Virus record (IMG/VR): IMGVR_UViG_3300036770_006954
Span: 1 to 64,000 of that record
Length of the DNA stretch: 64,000 nucleotides
DNA from: a virus
Direction: 5' to 3' (one strand)
A program made the position numbers and the translations under genes. This document shows, one piece after another, positions 10,193 to 20,024 of the stretch; position 1 is the stretch's first letter; every line of letters begins with the position of its first letter. The notes under the pieces were generated by a model that saw only the letters and a program-made list of their open reading frames with translations, did not search any database and was not told the origin of the DNA.

Positions 10193-11100
10193 TATCCAAC
10201 TATTGTTGTGAAGTTTTTAGTAAAGTCGATATTCGCCCCTCTATCTTGACGAACCTCGTATAGAAGAGCATTAAACTGGTCACGGATTTCAAACAAGTTG
10301 TATTGTTTGTAGATGTTATTATCACTGTCATAGATAGTGTAAATTCCATCTTCAATACTCTTGGTCTGATTTCCGTAAAGGGCGATAGCAAGAGATGAAA
10401 TATCGTATTCAACCATGTCAACCTCAATAGTCACTGGATTAAAGAAAGTATTTGAAATAATAATGTTTTGAGCGGGTTGACCGATAAATGGTGTGGCGTT
10501 CGGTTTATTGGTAGGTGATGACGATGGTGAAACAGTACAGAACATAAGATTTGTTACCCCATCAACATAACGGTAACGAATTGCCTTCTGAGTAGTATTG
10601 ATTTGATTTACAACTACGGGTTCACAAAAGAAATTAGATGTTATAATCCTAAAGAAGTTCGGAATCTTCGACCCATCAGAGTTCAAGTATTCTACTCTGA
10701 AACCAATCAACCCTTGGGGGGTAAACTTATTTCTGAATTGGCTTGGTACATTGGTGAGGTCAATAATAATACCTTTCACATTAGGAAGTGCCGACAATAC
10801 TCCACAATCAGTAATTGATGTTCTGATTTGTGCCGGTCTCAACATCATAGTGTAAATCCCCACCTGATTGAAGACATCAGCTGGTAGGGTAAGGTTGTAT
10901 AACCCACCCAATACTTCCACATTAGCATTACCACCTGTAGTTGCATTGTTGAAGTAAGGTCTGAGAACTGAAGGTGCATCCAATGATGTCAACACAAAGT
11001 CTGCAGTCTCATCTCTTGAGGGTGTATAATTCAAGATGATTTCCACATCTTCAGGAGATACATCCGCCGTCCTAATAGTTCCGTATGTTCCGATTGCCAT
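10192..11100 (-). CDS. Hypothetical virion/baseplate protein
   Basis: 302 aa ORF, start/stop overlap with the downstream gene, TATTTATA upstream. Confidence 0.6.
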   Translation of the reverse strand: MAIGTYGTIRTADVSPEDVEIILNYTPSRDETADFVLTSLDAPSVLRPYFNNATTGGNANVEVLGGLYNLTLPADVFNQVGIYTMMLRPAQIRTSITDCGVLSALPNVKGIIIDLTNVPSQFRNKFTPQGLIGFRVEYLNSDGSKIPNFFRIITSNFFCEPVVVNQINTTQKAIRYRYVDGVTNLMFCTVSPSSSPTNKPNATPFIGQPAQNIIISNTFFNPVTIEVDMVEYDISSLAIALYGNQTKSIEDGIYTIYDSDNNIYKQYNLFEIRDQFNALLYEVRQDRGANIDFTKNFTTIVG

Positions 11101-11129
11101 ATGAAAAGTTTCTTATTTTTATAAATAGT

Positions 11130-12200
11130 TTATCCCTTATTTTCTATGGTGTAATATCCATAACCATAGTTTATTAACCCTGAAAGGGTAGAGACCTCAC
11201 CCAATCTTTGAATTTGTTGGTAAACAGTGTTCTTACCTCTCTCTATGAACACAGTGGTAACAATTTGAGGTTGGTCTTGAATTTTAATTAATAACTCGTC
11301 TTTTGTTATTGGAACGGCAGTTAGCATCTCACTTGTAAATCCACTACTATTTTGGAAGTAGATGCTCGTACCATCAGAATAATCATAGTAATTCGTATCT
11401 TGAATTGTATATGCTGTAAACACCGAGTTCATATCGGTAATCACCCCGTAGGGTTGGCTATTTTGGAATACTGGAACACCAACTTGGTACTCAACAGGTC
11501 CATACAATGCAAGTTCGGATACCCTTGATGATGTCAATCCCGAAACAACAAATGGTACTTGAGTGTAACCTGAAGAAATCTCACTCTCCACAGTGTTCAC
11601 GGCATCTCCTGAAAAAATGTAGTCATAACTCACGGGTGTGTTCGCCCAACTTCCACCCAAAGGAGTAAAGAACGCCCTCCCCAACGGATTGTAGATAACC
11701 GCATTGGTAAATGGTACTTGGACTACCTTAGAAACCGTATTTACTCCAAACGGAGTTGTTTGTCTCATGGTAATTGTATACCCCGAGGTTGTGTTCGGAT
11801 AAACATGAGATAAAGTATCACCAGTGAAAATCTCGTCAGGGGTGTTATCCCCCCAGTTTATCGTATACGCAGCAAGTCCCAAGTAGGTTGCCGCTTTGTC
11901 CGAAGAGTTATAAACAGTATAAACATACGGAGAAGTCGTAGCTGCGGTAAAAATAAAATTCGTCACCACATCTTTCTGTTCCGCAGCCCCATCAAACGGA
12001 GAGTAGTACCCCAAATCAATTGTGGTCTCAGTGAGCATAATACACAGACTCAAACCAGTCATTATAGAACTTCCATTTGTTCCCCCACTTAAAATTTGAG
12101 ACATACCTGAGTATACCCCGATGGTCTCACCACTTATATCAACATAAGATAAATCCGATGTGATATTTGCCGGTCCAACAACAAAACGATAATCAGCCAT
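11130..12200 (-). CDS. Hypothetical virion protein with PKD-like domain
   Basis: YTINWGD...LSHVY resembles the PKD motif; many [ST]GxT motifs. Confidence 0.55.
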   Translation of the reverse strand: MADYRFVVGPANITSDLSYVDISGETIGVYSGMSQILSGGTNGSSIMTGLSLCIMLTETTIDLGYYSPFDGAAEQKDVVTNFIFTAATTSPYVYTVYNSSDKAATYLGLAAYTINWGDNTPDEIFTGDTLSHVYPNTTSGYTITMRQTTPFGVNTVSKVVQVPFTNAVIYNPLGRAFFTPLGGSWANTPVSYDYIFSGDAVNTVESEISSGYTQVPFVVSGLTSSRVSELALYGPVEYQVGVPVFQNSQPYGVITDMNSVFTAYTIQDTNYYDYSDGTSIYFQNSSGFTSEMLTAVPITKDELLIKIQDQPQIVTTVFIERGKNTVYQQIQRLGEVSTLSGLINYGYGYYTIENKG

Positions 12201-13032
12201 TTGGTCCTACATATTCATACCATTTTATGGGAGTTGTTGTACCTACTCTATCAAAGGTTATTATGTCATACACAACATATTTTTGGCTCGGATAATCCAA
12301 CTTATACAAGTAGTAAAAATTAAACGTGTTATCTACCCCATAGGAGTTGATGGTCTGTAAACTCTGTGGACGATTAATCATCCTAACAAATTGACCCGTC
12401 TTTGCGTTGTAAAACTTACACGACACATAAAATTCATCTAAATTGATGTACTCCCTAGATTTTAACCAATACAAGAAAAACCCATCAGTATCTCCAACAA
12501 AATCTAAAGAAAACTCAGGTTTATTAATTAAAACATTTTGTCCCTGCATTACCACCGGCATCTGTTCTCCTTGAGTAGTGGGAATAATAATTGTTAGATA
12601 ATTGGTCTGACCAACCTGACTTGGTGAATTGTAAAAGTCCAACTTGAAGAAACTCTTACTAAACGCATTTGAATAGTAATAAATCTCATTGTAGGTAAAC
12701 CCTTCCGCATTGTAATCAGAGACCCAATTTTGAGTTGACCCAGTTCCATTTATTGTCCCTCCCGAAAAGAAATTAAACTCGTAATTAATACTCGTTCTAA
12801 TTGTTGGTGTAGGTTGAATGATATTTGTAGTGGGGGGTGTGAAACTATATCCCGAGTGAGAAAATCTTGTTGTTTCAAAATCAATTCCCAAACCAGCAAC
12901 ATCCTGATTGATTTGAGCCTCTAATTTATTAATTTCATTTTCAGTATCCAACAACTCCCAATCAAGCATAACAGGAATCTGAAGAACTTTATCTTCATTG
13001 GTTACCCCCAATTTAATCTGATACTTATTCAC
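12193..13032 (-). CDS. Hypothetical virion protein
   Basis: 279 aa ORF overlapping both neighbours in the structural operon. Confidence 0.6.
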   Translation of the reverse strand: MNKYQIKLGVTNEDKVLQIPVMLDWELLDTENEINKLEAQINQDVAGLGIDFETTRFSHSGYSFTPPTTNIIQPTPTIRTSINYEFNFFSGGTINGTGSTQNWVSDYNAEGFTYNEIYYYSNAFSKSFFKLDFYNSPSQVGQTNYLTIIIPTTQGEQMPVVMQGQNVLINKPEFSLDFVGDTDGFFLYWLKSREYINLDEFYVSCKFYNAKTGQFVRMINRPQSLQTINSYGVDNTFNFYYLYKLDYPSQKYVVYDIITFDRVGTTTPIKWYEYVGPNG

Positions 13033-14719
13033 AATCGTCTATTATTGGTTGGACAGCAATGTTGAATCCACTCAACAGATTTTGGAAGTTTCCACCCTCA
13101 GGAATCAACCTGAATATCTGATTTGAGAAAGGATAATGTGCTCGGTTTAGGTAGGGGAAGTCAACTCCTCGGTCAAATTCATCAAACTCCCCATATAAAT
13201 AAGGTTCTCTCCATCTGAAAGTTTGGTCTTGAGATGAGAAAAACGCATAGTTGGGTATGTTTTCCACCCCTTGAACCGGTGCTGTTTCAATATAATCCGA
13301 AAATACTCTAACAACCATCGGATTATGAGGGAGGTAATAGTATCCTTGAGAGTTAGTTGTTGGGACACTTTCTGTTGTGAAAATGTCTTGATTGAAATTA
13401 ATCTTTTGAACATATCTTGATACCACCAATTCCGCTTGGGTGTAGTCGTTCCACTCACAATAATCCCCGTCAATTAAATCTCCCTCATTCAGTACTCTAT
13501 TGTAGTAAAATGTTTCGGTTGTTCCATTGGTTAAGGTGTACGAATCCACAGGGATATTTGTGTAACAATCTTGATTGGTATCAGACCACCAACTATCAGA
13601 AATATTTTGAATGTTAAATACCCATCCTTGTTTCAATCCGACCCCATTATTTGGTTTGTTGAAATATCCACTAAAGCCTTTATTAACCAATGTAAGAAAT
13701 AATTCACCGACGGGTCTATTTTGATTGTCAGTGATTCCGGTCAAAACAACATCTTGAGCTACTGTGACTGTGTAAGTTAATGAATTTGTTTTTTGTGAAA
13801 TTCTTGTTATGTCATTGGGAGTTATTGAACTGTATTCTAATTTCCTTTCATTAGGAAAAGCATTAAGTTCGAAACCTGTTTTAGTAACAATAACATTATT
13901 TTCATTCAATAATATTCTGTTTTTTCTCACATAATATTTTGACCGAGTCTCAGTAAGATTGTTTGGGTCTAAAACCCTTTTAAAGGTTCCTGTTGTTCCA
14001 TCCGCAAATGTGTTTCCTGTGTATCCAATATCCAAGATATTAAACACAAAATTTGAACTATCATAATTTGAATTACCAAATGAAAACACTTCAAACACGG
14101 TCTGTTGGTCATAATCAAATGAAAGTTCTACAAAATTACCTTCAATTAAATTATGTGGCATGAAACATTGGAAAGAAATAATATTTGCGCCACCTTGGGT
14201 TGAGGCCGACACTATAAACGGAATACCATCTCCTGAAGCCCAATTGATTGTTATATTTTCGTATGTGGCCTCCATCGGCCTATTGTAGTCATTTTGAGCA
14301 GCATAGGTTATGTAATAAGTCCAATTGTAGGTATAGGCACTCGATGCTTGATAGTCAAAATGACCATCACTTACATTAGGACGAAATAAATCAAACTCAT
14401 AAAACTGCGGAAAACCCTTCCAAATTCCACTAAGTTTGGACTGCGCGGGCTCAACGTAATACAGATTGTTTTTGAATGGATTGTATTCAGTAGTACCTGT
14501 ATAAGTGTTGTCATACAGGTATTGAATCTTGAATGTTGGTCTGAATCTTTGAGATGCTTGTCTCTCATCTTGGTATAACTGAGTGAGAGAAATTGCATTA
14601 TTTCTCACATATTGAGTCAACTCCTTTTGGGTTTGATTCAAATCAATTGTAAGTTTTTGGTCAACAATTGGTGCCGATTTGAACTGTAATTGTGAGGGGA
14701 TTAATTCAAACCTATTCAT
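13025..14719 (-). CDS. Hypothetical virion protein
   Basis: 564 aa beta-rich ORF in the structural operon; ends in TAA. Confidence 0.6.
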   Translation of the reverse strand: MNRFELIPSQLQFKSAPIVDQKLTIDLNQTQKELTQYVRNNAISLTQLYQDERQASQRFRPTFKIQYLYDNTYTGTTEYNPFKNNLYYVEPAQSKLSGIWKGFPQFYEFDLFRPNVSDGHFDYQASSAYTYNWTYYITYAAQNDYNRPMEATYENITINWASGDGIPFIVSASTQGGANIISFQCFMPHNLIEGNFVELSFDYDQQTVFEVFSFGNSNYDSSNFVFNILDIGYTGNTFADGTTGTFKRVLDPNNLTETRSKYYVRKNRILLNENNVIVTKTGFELNAFPNERKLEYSSITPNDITRISQKTNSLTYTVTVAQDVVLTGITDNQNRPVGELFLTLVNKGFSGYFNKPNNGVGLKQGWVFNIQNISDSWWSDTNQDCYTNIPVDSYTLTNGTTETFYYNRVLNEGDLIDGDYCEWNDYTQAELVVSRYVQKINFNQDIFTTESVPTTNSQGYYYLPHNPMVVRVFSDYIETAPVQGVENIPNYAFFSSQDQTFRWREPYLYGEFDEFDRGVDFPYLNRAHYPFSNQIFRLIPEGGNFQNLLSGFNIAVQPIIDDCE

Positions 14720-17700
14720 CAGCTAAATATTTTGATTTGAATCTATCTAAGGCACTAGCGCCGTTAATTAATCCGAAGTAAAAATGGTTCGGTGCTCCGA
14801 CTGCGAAAACACTTGGATAATTGCCGGCGGTTGCAGAATTGTTCCCGTTGGAATCCACATTGAAGATATAACCACGAGCATAGATGTCGTTTAGTTGAGA
14901 GTTTGAACCCAAGAAATATGATGGTTGTGAAGGGTCTGTACGGTCCAAAGATTGGTAATTTTTACTAAAAATGTTAGAGTTGTCTGTAGCCCAATTGTTA
15001 CTCTGTGTTCCGAAAATTCCCACCGAATTACCCAAGTTAACTGCGGTTCCGATATCGTTTACCCATTTTGCAACATCATCTCTCTCCCAACGATAAAATG
15101 GGACCCTTTGTGATTTCAAATTATAATAATATGGAAACGCGTTTGCGTTTGGTGTGGGTCTGAAATTAATTCTACCTGGTGAGAGAAAATCTTTGTATTG
15201 TAAATCTTCAGTTGTCGAGGAGTAAAAAATTCCCATAACAGAAAACCCATTTGGGTTCCTCGAGATAAATATGGGGTTATTGGGACTGTTTAAATCTTCT
15301 TGATAGTTTTGAGAATTAAATTTCAGAACACCGAATTCGGAATTTATTGACAACATTTGTGTAACATCACCATCTAATCTTCTTTCGGGACGAGAAAACA
15401 ATGTGTTTATTGCCAGATTGGTTCCACCAATTCCAGGAAAAAAATTAACAATGAATTTCAAGAAAAAAGAATTCGTTAAACGGGTGATAACAAATAAATT
15501 TAATAAATCACTTGTGTCACCATAACTTGTAGGATTTAAAACATTCATAACAAATCCGTCATCAGAAGGGTTTAAAGTAATTTCTTTGAATATCTCAGTT
15601 TTGGGACCAAGATTCATAATTGTCACAGGCATCTGCAAATTGTAATCATTAATTGAACCTGTAAGCACACTGTTAAACTTACCAATAAATTCGTCTGATG
15701 TTGGACTGTATGGACTACTACGATAATAAAAATTGTTACTATCGTCATTAAAATAAATTAAATCCTTACAAAAAACTCTTCTCGAGATTTGGTTATTACC
15801 CCCATATAAAGTTCTAACGGCAAACGGGAAAGCATACAAAGACCCATTTACCCAGTTATTCGAAAACGTTTGAGAAACAACTCCTTGACACAGAGCATAG
15901 AAAAAACGATATCTTAGACCCCACTCGTTGAAAGCTCTTATATCTATTAGTAAATCTAATAAAGGTCTTCTGACAAACACATAACATCCTCGGTCTACCC
16001 AATCAGTGTCAGAGCAATTTGGTTCAATAGTGACTGTATTACCAGAATTACTATAACACTCAAGACTAACCATGTTTGCACAAGAAAAACTGTCCAACAC
16101 ATTTAAAGAATCCGGTAAATCTTCAATATCATTTCCAACTATAGTCGCCCCCGCACCATATGTCGTTGTTATTAAATTTTGACCACCAGCATCAATAATG
16201 TACATAGTAAACCCTCTATTCATTTGAAGGACAGGGACGATAGAATTCCAATCCTCACCATCCAAAAAGTCTGATGAGGGAAGTCTGTCAGTTCTTAAAA
16301 CATTCCTCGACTTATTGGACATGTTTATTTGGTTATTTGTTGCAGTGACAGTTGGTAAAAGAGAAAAACTATAGTAAACACTACTACACTGATTTGGGTT
16401 GTTTGGTGGTTTGTTTCCACCACCCAACTCCGTATAATAAAAGTCAGCTCCCGACAAATCCTCAGCCGAATCATATTTAGCAGGATTTGGAGTAGAACTG
16501 AAAGATTTATTTGACCCATTACTCACAACGATTTCAACCGAGTTTAAATTTGGGGTGTTCAAATAATTAGATACAAATCCAAAAGTACCCGAACCATTTG
16601 GGTATATTGAATAATTCCGATTACCATCAATAGCACTATAATATCCAACATTACTTGTGGTGAAAGCCGAGTATCCATTTCCACCCTCGAAAAAATACGA
16701 AGAGTAAAAAATGTTATTTTGTGATGTATGTTGTTGGACAGAAATACCATTTGCCGGTAAGGCTTGAATAGGAATATTCAATCTGGTTTGTGCCGTAAAT
16801 GTTAAAGAATCCGTATTCGGTAGACCTAATATACTACCAATACCATAGCGATTTACATATGAGGGAGAATAAGGGTCAACCCCTCTCTGTAAAATTAAAA
16901 TGTATTGATTATCAAAACCAGCAAAAAAGTCCCTTGTTTTTATATTCAAAGCATTTTGAGAATCCCAACCACTTAGGTCTCTTCTTGACCAATTTATTTG
17001 GGTAGATGAGTTCAATATTTTTAAAAGACCACCAAAAGGGTTTGGAGGATTACACGGTCCTAAAGGAGTAATGCTTCCATTACCCTGTATAATTTGAGGA
17101 ACTGTGGAAGAACAAACATTACCAAACCCTTGTATAAATCCAAGTGAGGGGTCAAAAGGAGTGGTTACAGTTGTTTGTTGATTGTTTCCTGAGCAATCCA
17201 CATATGTGACTGTTACAGTTTCCGCAACATTTGGATTACCTATTGCAGTTTCGATTGAATAAGAATTACAAACAACCGTCCCACCCCCTGTTGCTAAAGC
17301 AAACGCATCACTTACGGTGATTGCTGTCAAAACTTGATAGTATTCTAAATCAGCGGGGAATTTGTAATTTGTTATTGTTGAACCAGTACTTAAGAAATAT
17401 GTTTCAGTTGAATTTGTTGTCTGAGTTGTGGCATAGTTAACGGTAATTGGTGCCGGACCAGACTGTAAAGTAACACCAGAAATACCGTTAAAATCTGAAT
17501 TTCCCGAAAACTTAAAGTTTACATCTGTTGTATTTTCAATACCCACAAAAGTTAATAATGTTCCTGATTCTAAAAAACTTTGAGATAGAATACTTAAGGT
17601 GTTATCATAGTGTTTTCGTGTTGTATTTGAAGGATAATCAAAACTGACACTTATTTTATTTTCATTATCAAAATATTTTTTTCTTGTATTGAACACATTG

Positions 17701-19928
17701 ATTCTTTGTGCCATTGGAATATCCGAAGAAATTGCAAAAACCTTTTTGGGTGCACCAAATGAATTCGTTGTATCAGGTAACCTTAGGGTTTGAGATTGGG
17801 TTGACCTATTTTGTAAAATCTTATCAATAGGTCCTGTTCTTGTACCCATCGCCTCTGAAAATATCAAAGATAAAACTGAAACATTTGCACTACTTGGCTC
17901 CAAGTCATCACCAATTTTTTCCGGTGGTAATCCTGAATAATCTTCAATAGATTCAAAGTACAATCCGCTTGTGGTTAAAGGTGTAAGTAACGATGTGGGA
18001 GTAGAATCTCCAACACCATTCAATCCCGAGGTATTACATTCACAATTCGAACACTCAGGATATGTAATCATTGGTAACTTTAACGGTTTTAACTTTAAAA
18101 ACTCCGCAAACCTTTGAAGGGTTAATGAAAGTCTTGCCCCTCCCGCAACCAAAATTGCACCAATACCAATAAGAGGAATTCCCGCACCACCAAGAATTGC
18201 CAAAACCGACCCTACAACAATTAAAGCATTACCAACTATGTTTTGAAATCTTACTATGAAATTAAGTACAAAGACAATAACATTGAGTATTGCACTTAAA
18301 AGGTGATATACAAATAAGATTGGGGGAAAAAGAAGTTGGATAAACTGCATTAAAATTGCAAACAAGAAAAATGATAAACTAAAATTTTTCACACCATCAT
18401 TAACAGGAAACTTATTTACTGTGGTTGCACAATCATTATTGCCGATTTCTTTAACACCAATAAAACGTCCTCTGTTAAATCCTCTTTTGTATTGGTCAAT
18501 TAAACCTGATGGAGTATAAACCTTATTATACTCCATTTCATAAAAAGTATCCTCACAGTTAATTGCCGCTTGTAATTTTTGATTAATCACGGTTGCCGAT
18601 TCCGCATCTGTATATCCCGTCCAATCAAGTCCAAAATAATAGGAACTTGCCAGTTCACGACTGGTAGTAAAAGTGTTTGAATAATTGGGGTCGATACCAG
18701 GTGTTCTCCAACCCCATTCTCTGACATTAGGTAATAAGAAGTATCCTCTTTTGATTGGGTCTGTATCTGTGGGTGACTGTTGCCATTTAACTTTGAATCT
18801 GTATTTTCCTTTGGTTGGAATACCCACTCTTGGGTCTCTTGAGAAAACTCTTTGACCATCCTCATTTGTAGTCACATAATCGAGGTTCATTGGAACCTCT
18901 ACCATCCAAGTACCGTTTTCGTCTATGACATTACCCGAATTTTCCAATCGATATTCCTCCAAAATAGGTCTTCCTTGATTGTCTTGAACTATAGTTTGTC
19001 GAACTGATAACAATTGTCCCGGTCCCGTAGTTAAATCACAAAGATTACCCATGTTATCTTTTGGTTTACAACCACCTGTTAACAAAGAAGGGGGAAAATC
19101 ACCGAATCCTAATGGTGCTGGAATTTTAAATTCATCTGTGGTGGAAAACAACGAACCAATAAAAACTGCCGTAGGTTGTATATCAATATTTGCATCATCC
19201 CTGAGGTCAAAGTCGATACGGCTAATTGAAGATTGACAAATTTCTGGCTCACCCCAAAAGGGGGCAACCTCGAAAACTTTTGTAATATTAACAATTTGAG
19301 GTAGAGTGTCTAAATCTGATGAAGTTCTAAAAGTGTTTCCCGCGACTTGTGCTTCTGTAGCACGACCAATTCTAATTAAATCTTGGGGTGTAAGAGAAAA
19401 TTCTCCGATGTCACTAAGGTCTAAATCCATTACGATGGTTTGTTGACCTACAGGAACTCCCAATATCATGAAGTCACCACTTTCATTTGTCTTAACAGTA
19501 AATCTGTAGTACTTGTCGTAGATATCCACAACAACAGGGTCCTCTAAGACATCCGCTCTTGAAGGAAATGTTCCTGTGGCAGCGTGAGTGGAATACGATT
19601 GTAAATAAGGGAGAAGATTAAATCTATAACCATCAACATTTTTATCATTAGGTTGAGTATACGGATATAGTTCAACTATTCTGTCATTAAGAGCATCAAC
19701 TTCAGTAATAGGGATAAAAATGGAAACCTTTGTGTTGGGAATTCCAAATCCACTATTTGCAACAACTCTACCTACGACAACACCAAAATCCGCACAATCC
19801 CTAGGATAAACATCATTCTGTGAAATCTGTAATGACAGAATTTCAAGGAACTCAAAATCTTGGTCTAATTGAAATGTAAGGTTTCTATCTACACCAACTT
19901 GTGTGTTTATTCTAAATGATTGTCCCAT
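14712..19928 (-). CDS. Large baseplate-associated protein with N-terminal carboxypeptidase-regulatory-like domain and a long hydrophobic segment
   Basis: GVVVGRVVANSGFGIPNTKVSI...TNESGDFMILGVPVG; hydrophobic stretch at about aa 517-600. Confidence 0.6.
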   Translation of the reverse strand: MGQSFRINTQVGVDRNLTFQLDQDFEFLEILSLQISQNDVYPRDCADFGVVVGRVVANSGFGIPNTKVSIFIPITEVDALNDRIVELYPYTQPNDKNVDGYRFNLLPYLQSYSTHAATGTFPSRADVLEDPVVVDIYDKYYRFTVKTNESGDFMILGVPVGQQTIVMDLDLSDIGEFSLTPQDLIRIGRATEAQVAGNTFRTSSDLDTLPQIVNITKVFEVAPFWGEPEICQSSISRIDFDLRDDANIDIQPTAVFIGSLFSTTDEFKIPAPLGFGDFPPSLLTGGCKPKDNMGNLCDLTTGPGQLLSVRQTIVQDNQGRPILEEYRLENSGNVIDENGTWMVEVPMNLDYVTTNEDGQRVFSRDPRVGIPTKGKYRFKVKWQQSPTDTDPIKRGYFLLPNVREWGWRTPGIDPNYSNTFTTSRELASSYYFGLDWTGYTDAESATVINQKLQAAINCEDTFYEMEYNKVYTPSGLIDQYKRGFNRGRFIGVKEIGNNDCATTVNKFPVNDGVKNFSLSFFLFAILMQFIQLLFPPILFVYHLLSAILNVIVFVLNFIVRFQNIVGNALIVVGSVLAILGGAGIPLIGIGAILVAGGARLSLTLQRFAEFLKLKPLKLPMITYPECSNCECNTSGLNGVGDSTPTSLLTPLTTSGLYFESIEDYSGLPPEKIGDDLEPSSANVSVLSLIFSEAMGTRTGPIDKILQNRSTQSQTLRLPDTTNSFGAPKKVFAISSDIPMAQRINVFNTRKKYFDNENKISVSFDYPSNTTRKHYDNTLSILSQSFLESGTLLTFVGIENTTDVNFKFSGNSDFNGISGVTLQSGPAPITVNYATTQTTNSTETYFLSTGSTITNYKFPADLEYYQVLTAITVSDAFALATGGGTVVCNSYSIETAIGNPNVAETVTVTYVDCSGNNQQTTVTTPFDPSLGFIQGFGNVCSSTVPQIIQGNGSITPLGPCNPPNPFGGLLKILNSSTQINWSRRDLSGWDSQNALNIKTRDFFAGFDNQYILILQRGVDPYSPSYVNRYGIGSILGLPNTDSLTFTAQTRLNIPIQALPANGISVQQHTSQNNIFYSSYFFEGGNGYSAFTTSNVGYYSAIDGNRNYSIYPNGSGTFGFVSNYLNTPNLNSVEIVVSNGSNKSFSSTPNPAKYDSAEDLSGADFYYTELGGGNKPPNNPNQCSSVYYSFSLLPTVTATNNQINMSNKSRNVLRTDRLPSSDFLDGEDWNSIVPVLQMNRGFTMYIIDAGGQNLITTTYGAGATIVGNDIEDLPDSLNVLDSFSCANMVSLECYSNSGNTVTIEPNCSDTDWVDRGCYVFVRRPLLDLLIDIRAFNEWGLRYRFFYALCQGVVSQTFSNNWVNGSLYAFPFAVRTLYGGNNQISRRVFCKDLIYFNDDSNNFYYRSSPYSPTSDEFIGKFNSVLTGSINDYNLQMPVTIMNLGPKTEIFKEITLNPSDDGFVMNVLNPTSYGDTSDLLNLFVITRLTNSFFLKFIVNFFPGIGGTNLAINTLFSRPERRLDGDVTQMLSINSEFGVLKFNSQNYQEDLNSPNNPIFISRNPNGFSVMGIFYSSTTEDLQYKDFLSPGRINFRPTPNANAFPYYYNLKSQRVPFYRWERDDVAKWVNDIGTAVNLGNSVGIFGTQSNNWATDNSNIFSKNYQSLDRTDPSQPSYFLGSNSQLNDIYARGYIFNVDSNGNNSATAGNYPSVFAVGAPNHFYFGLINGASALDRFKSKYLADE

Positions 19929-20024
19929 TCAAGGTTTTAATGATAAATATTTATGGTGTTTTTTTTTGAAAAACACAGTTTTACTTAAACAAAATATACC
20001 CCGATTGGAAATTAAATAAAGGTG

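Noticed and set aside
19956-19977. gtgttttt/aaaaacac inverted repeat
   Set aside because: Mostly an A/T homopolymer stem; too weak to call a terminator
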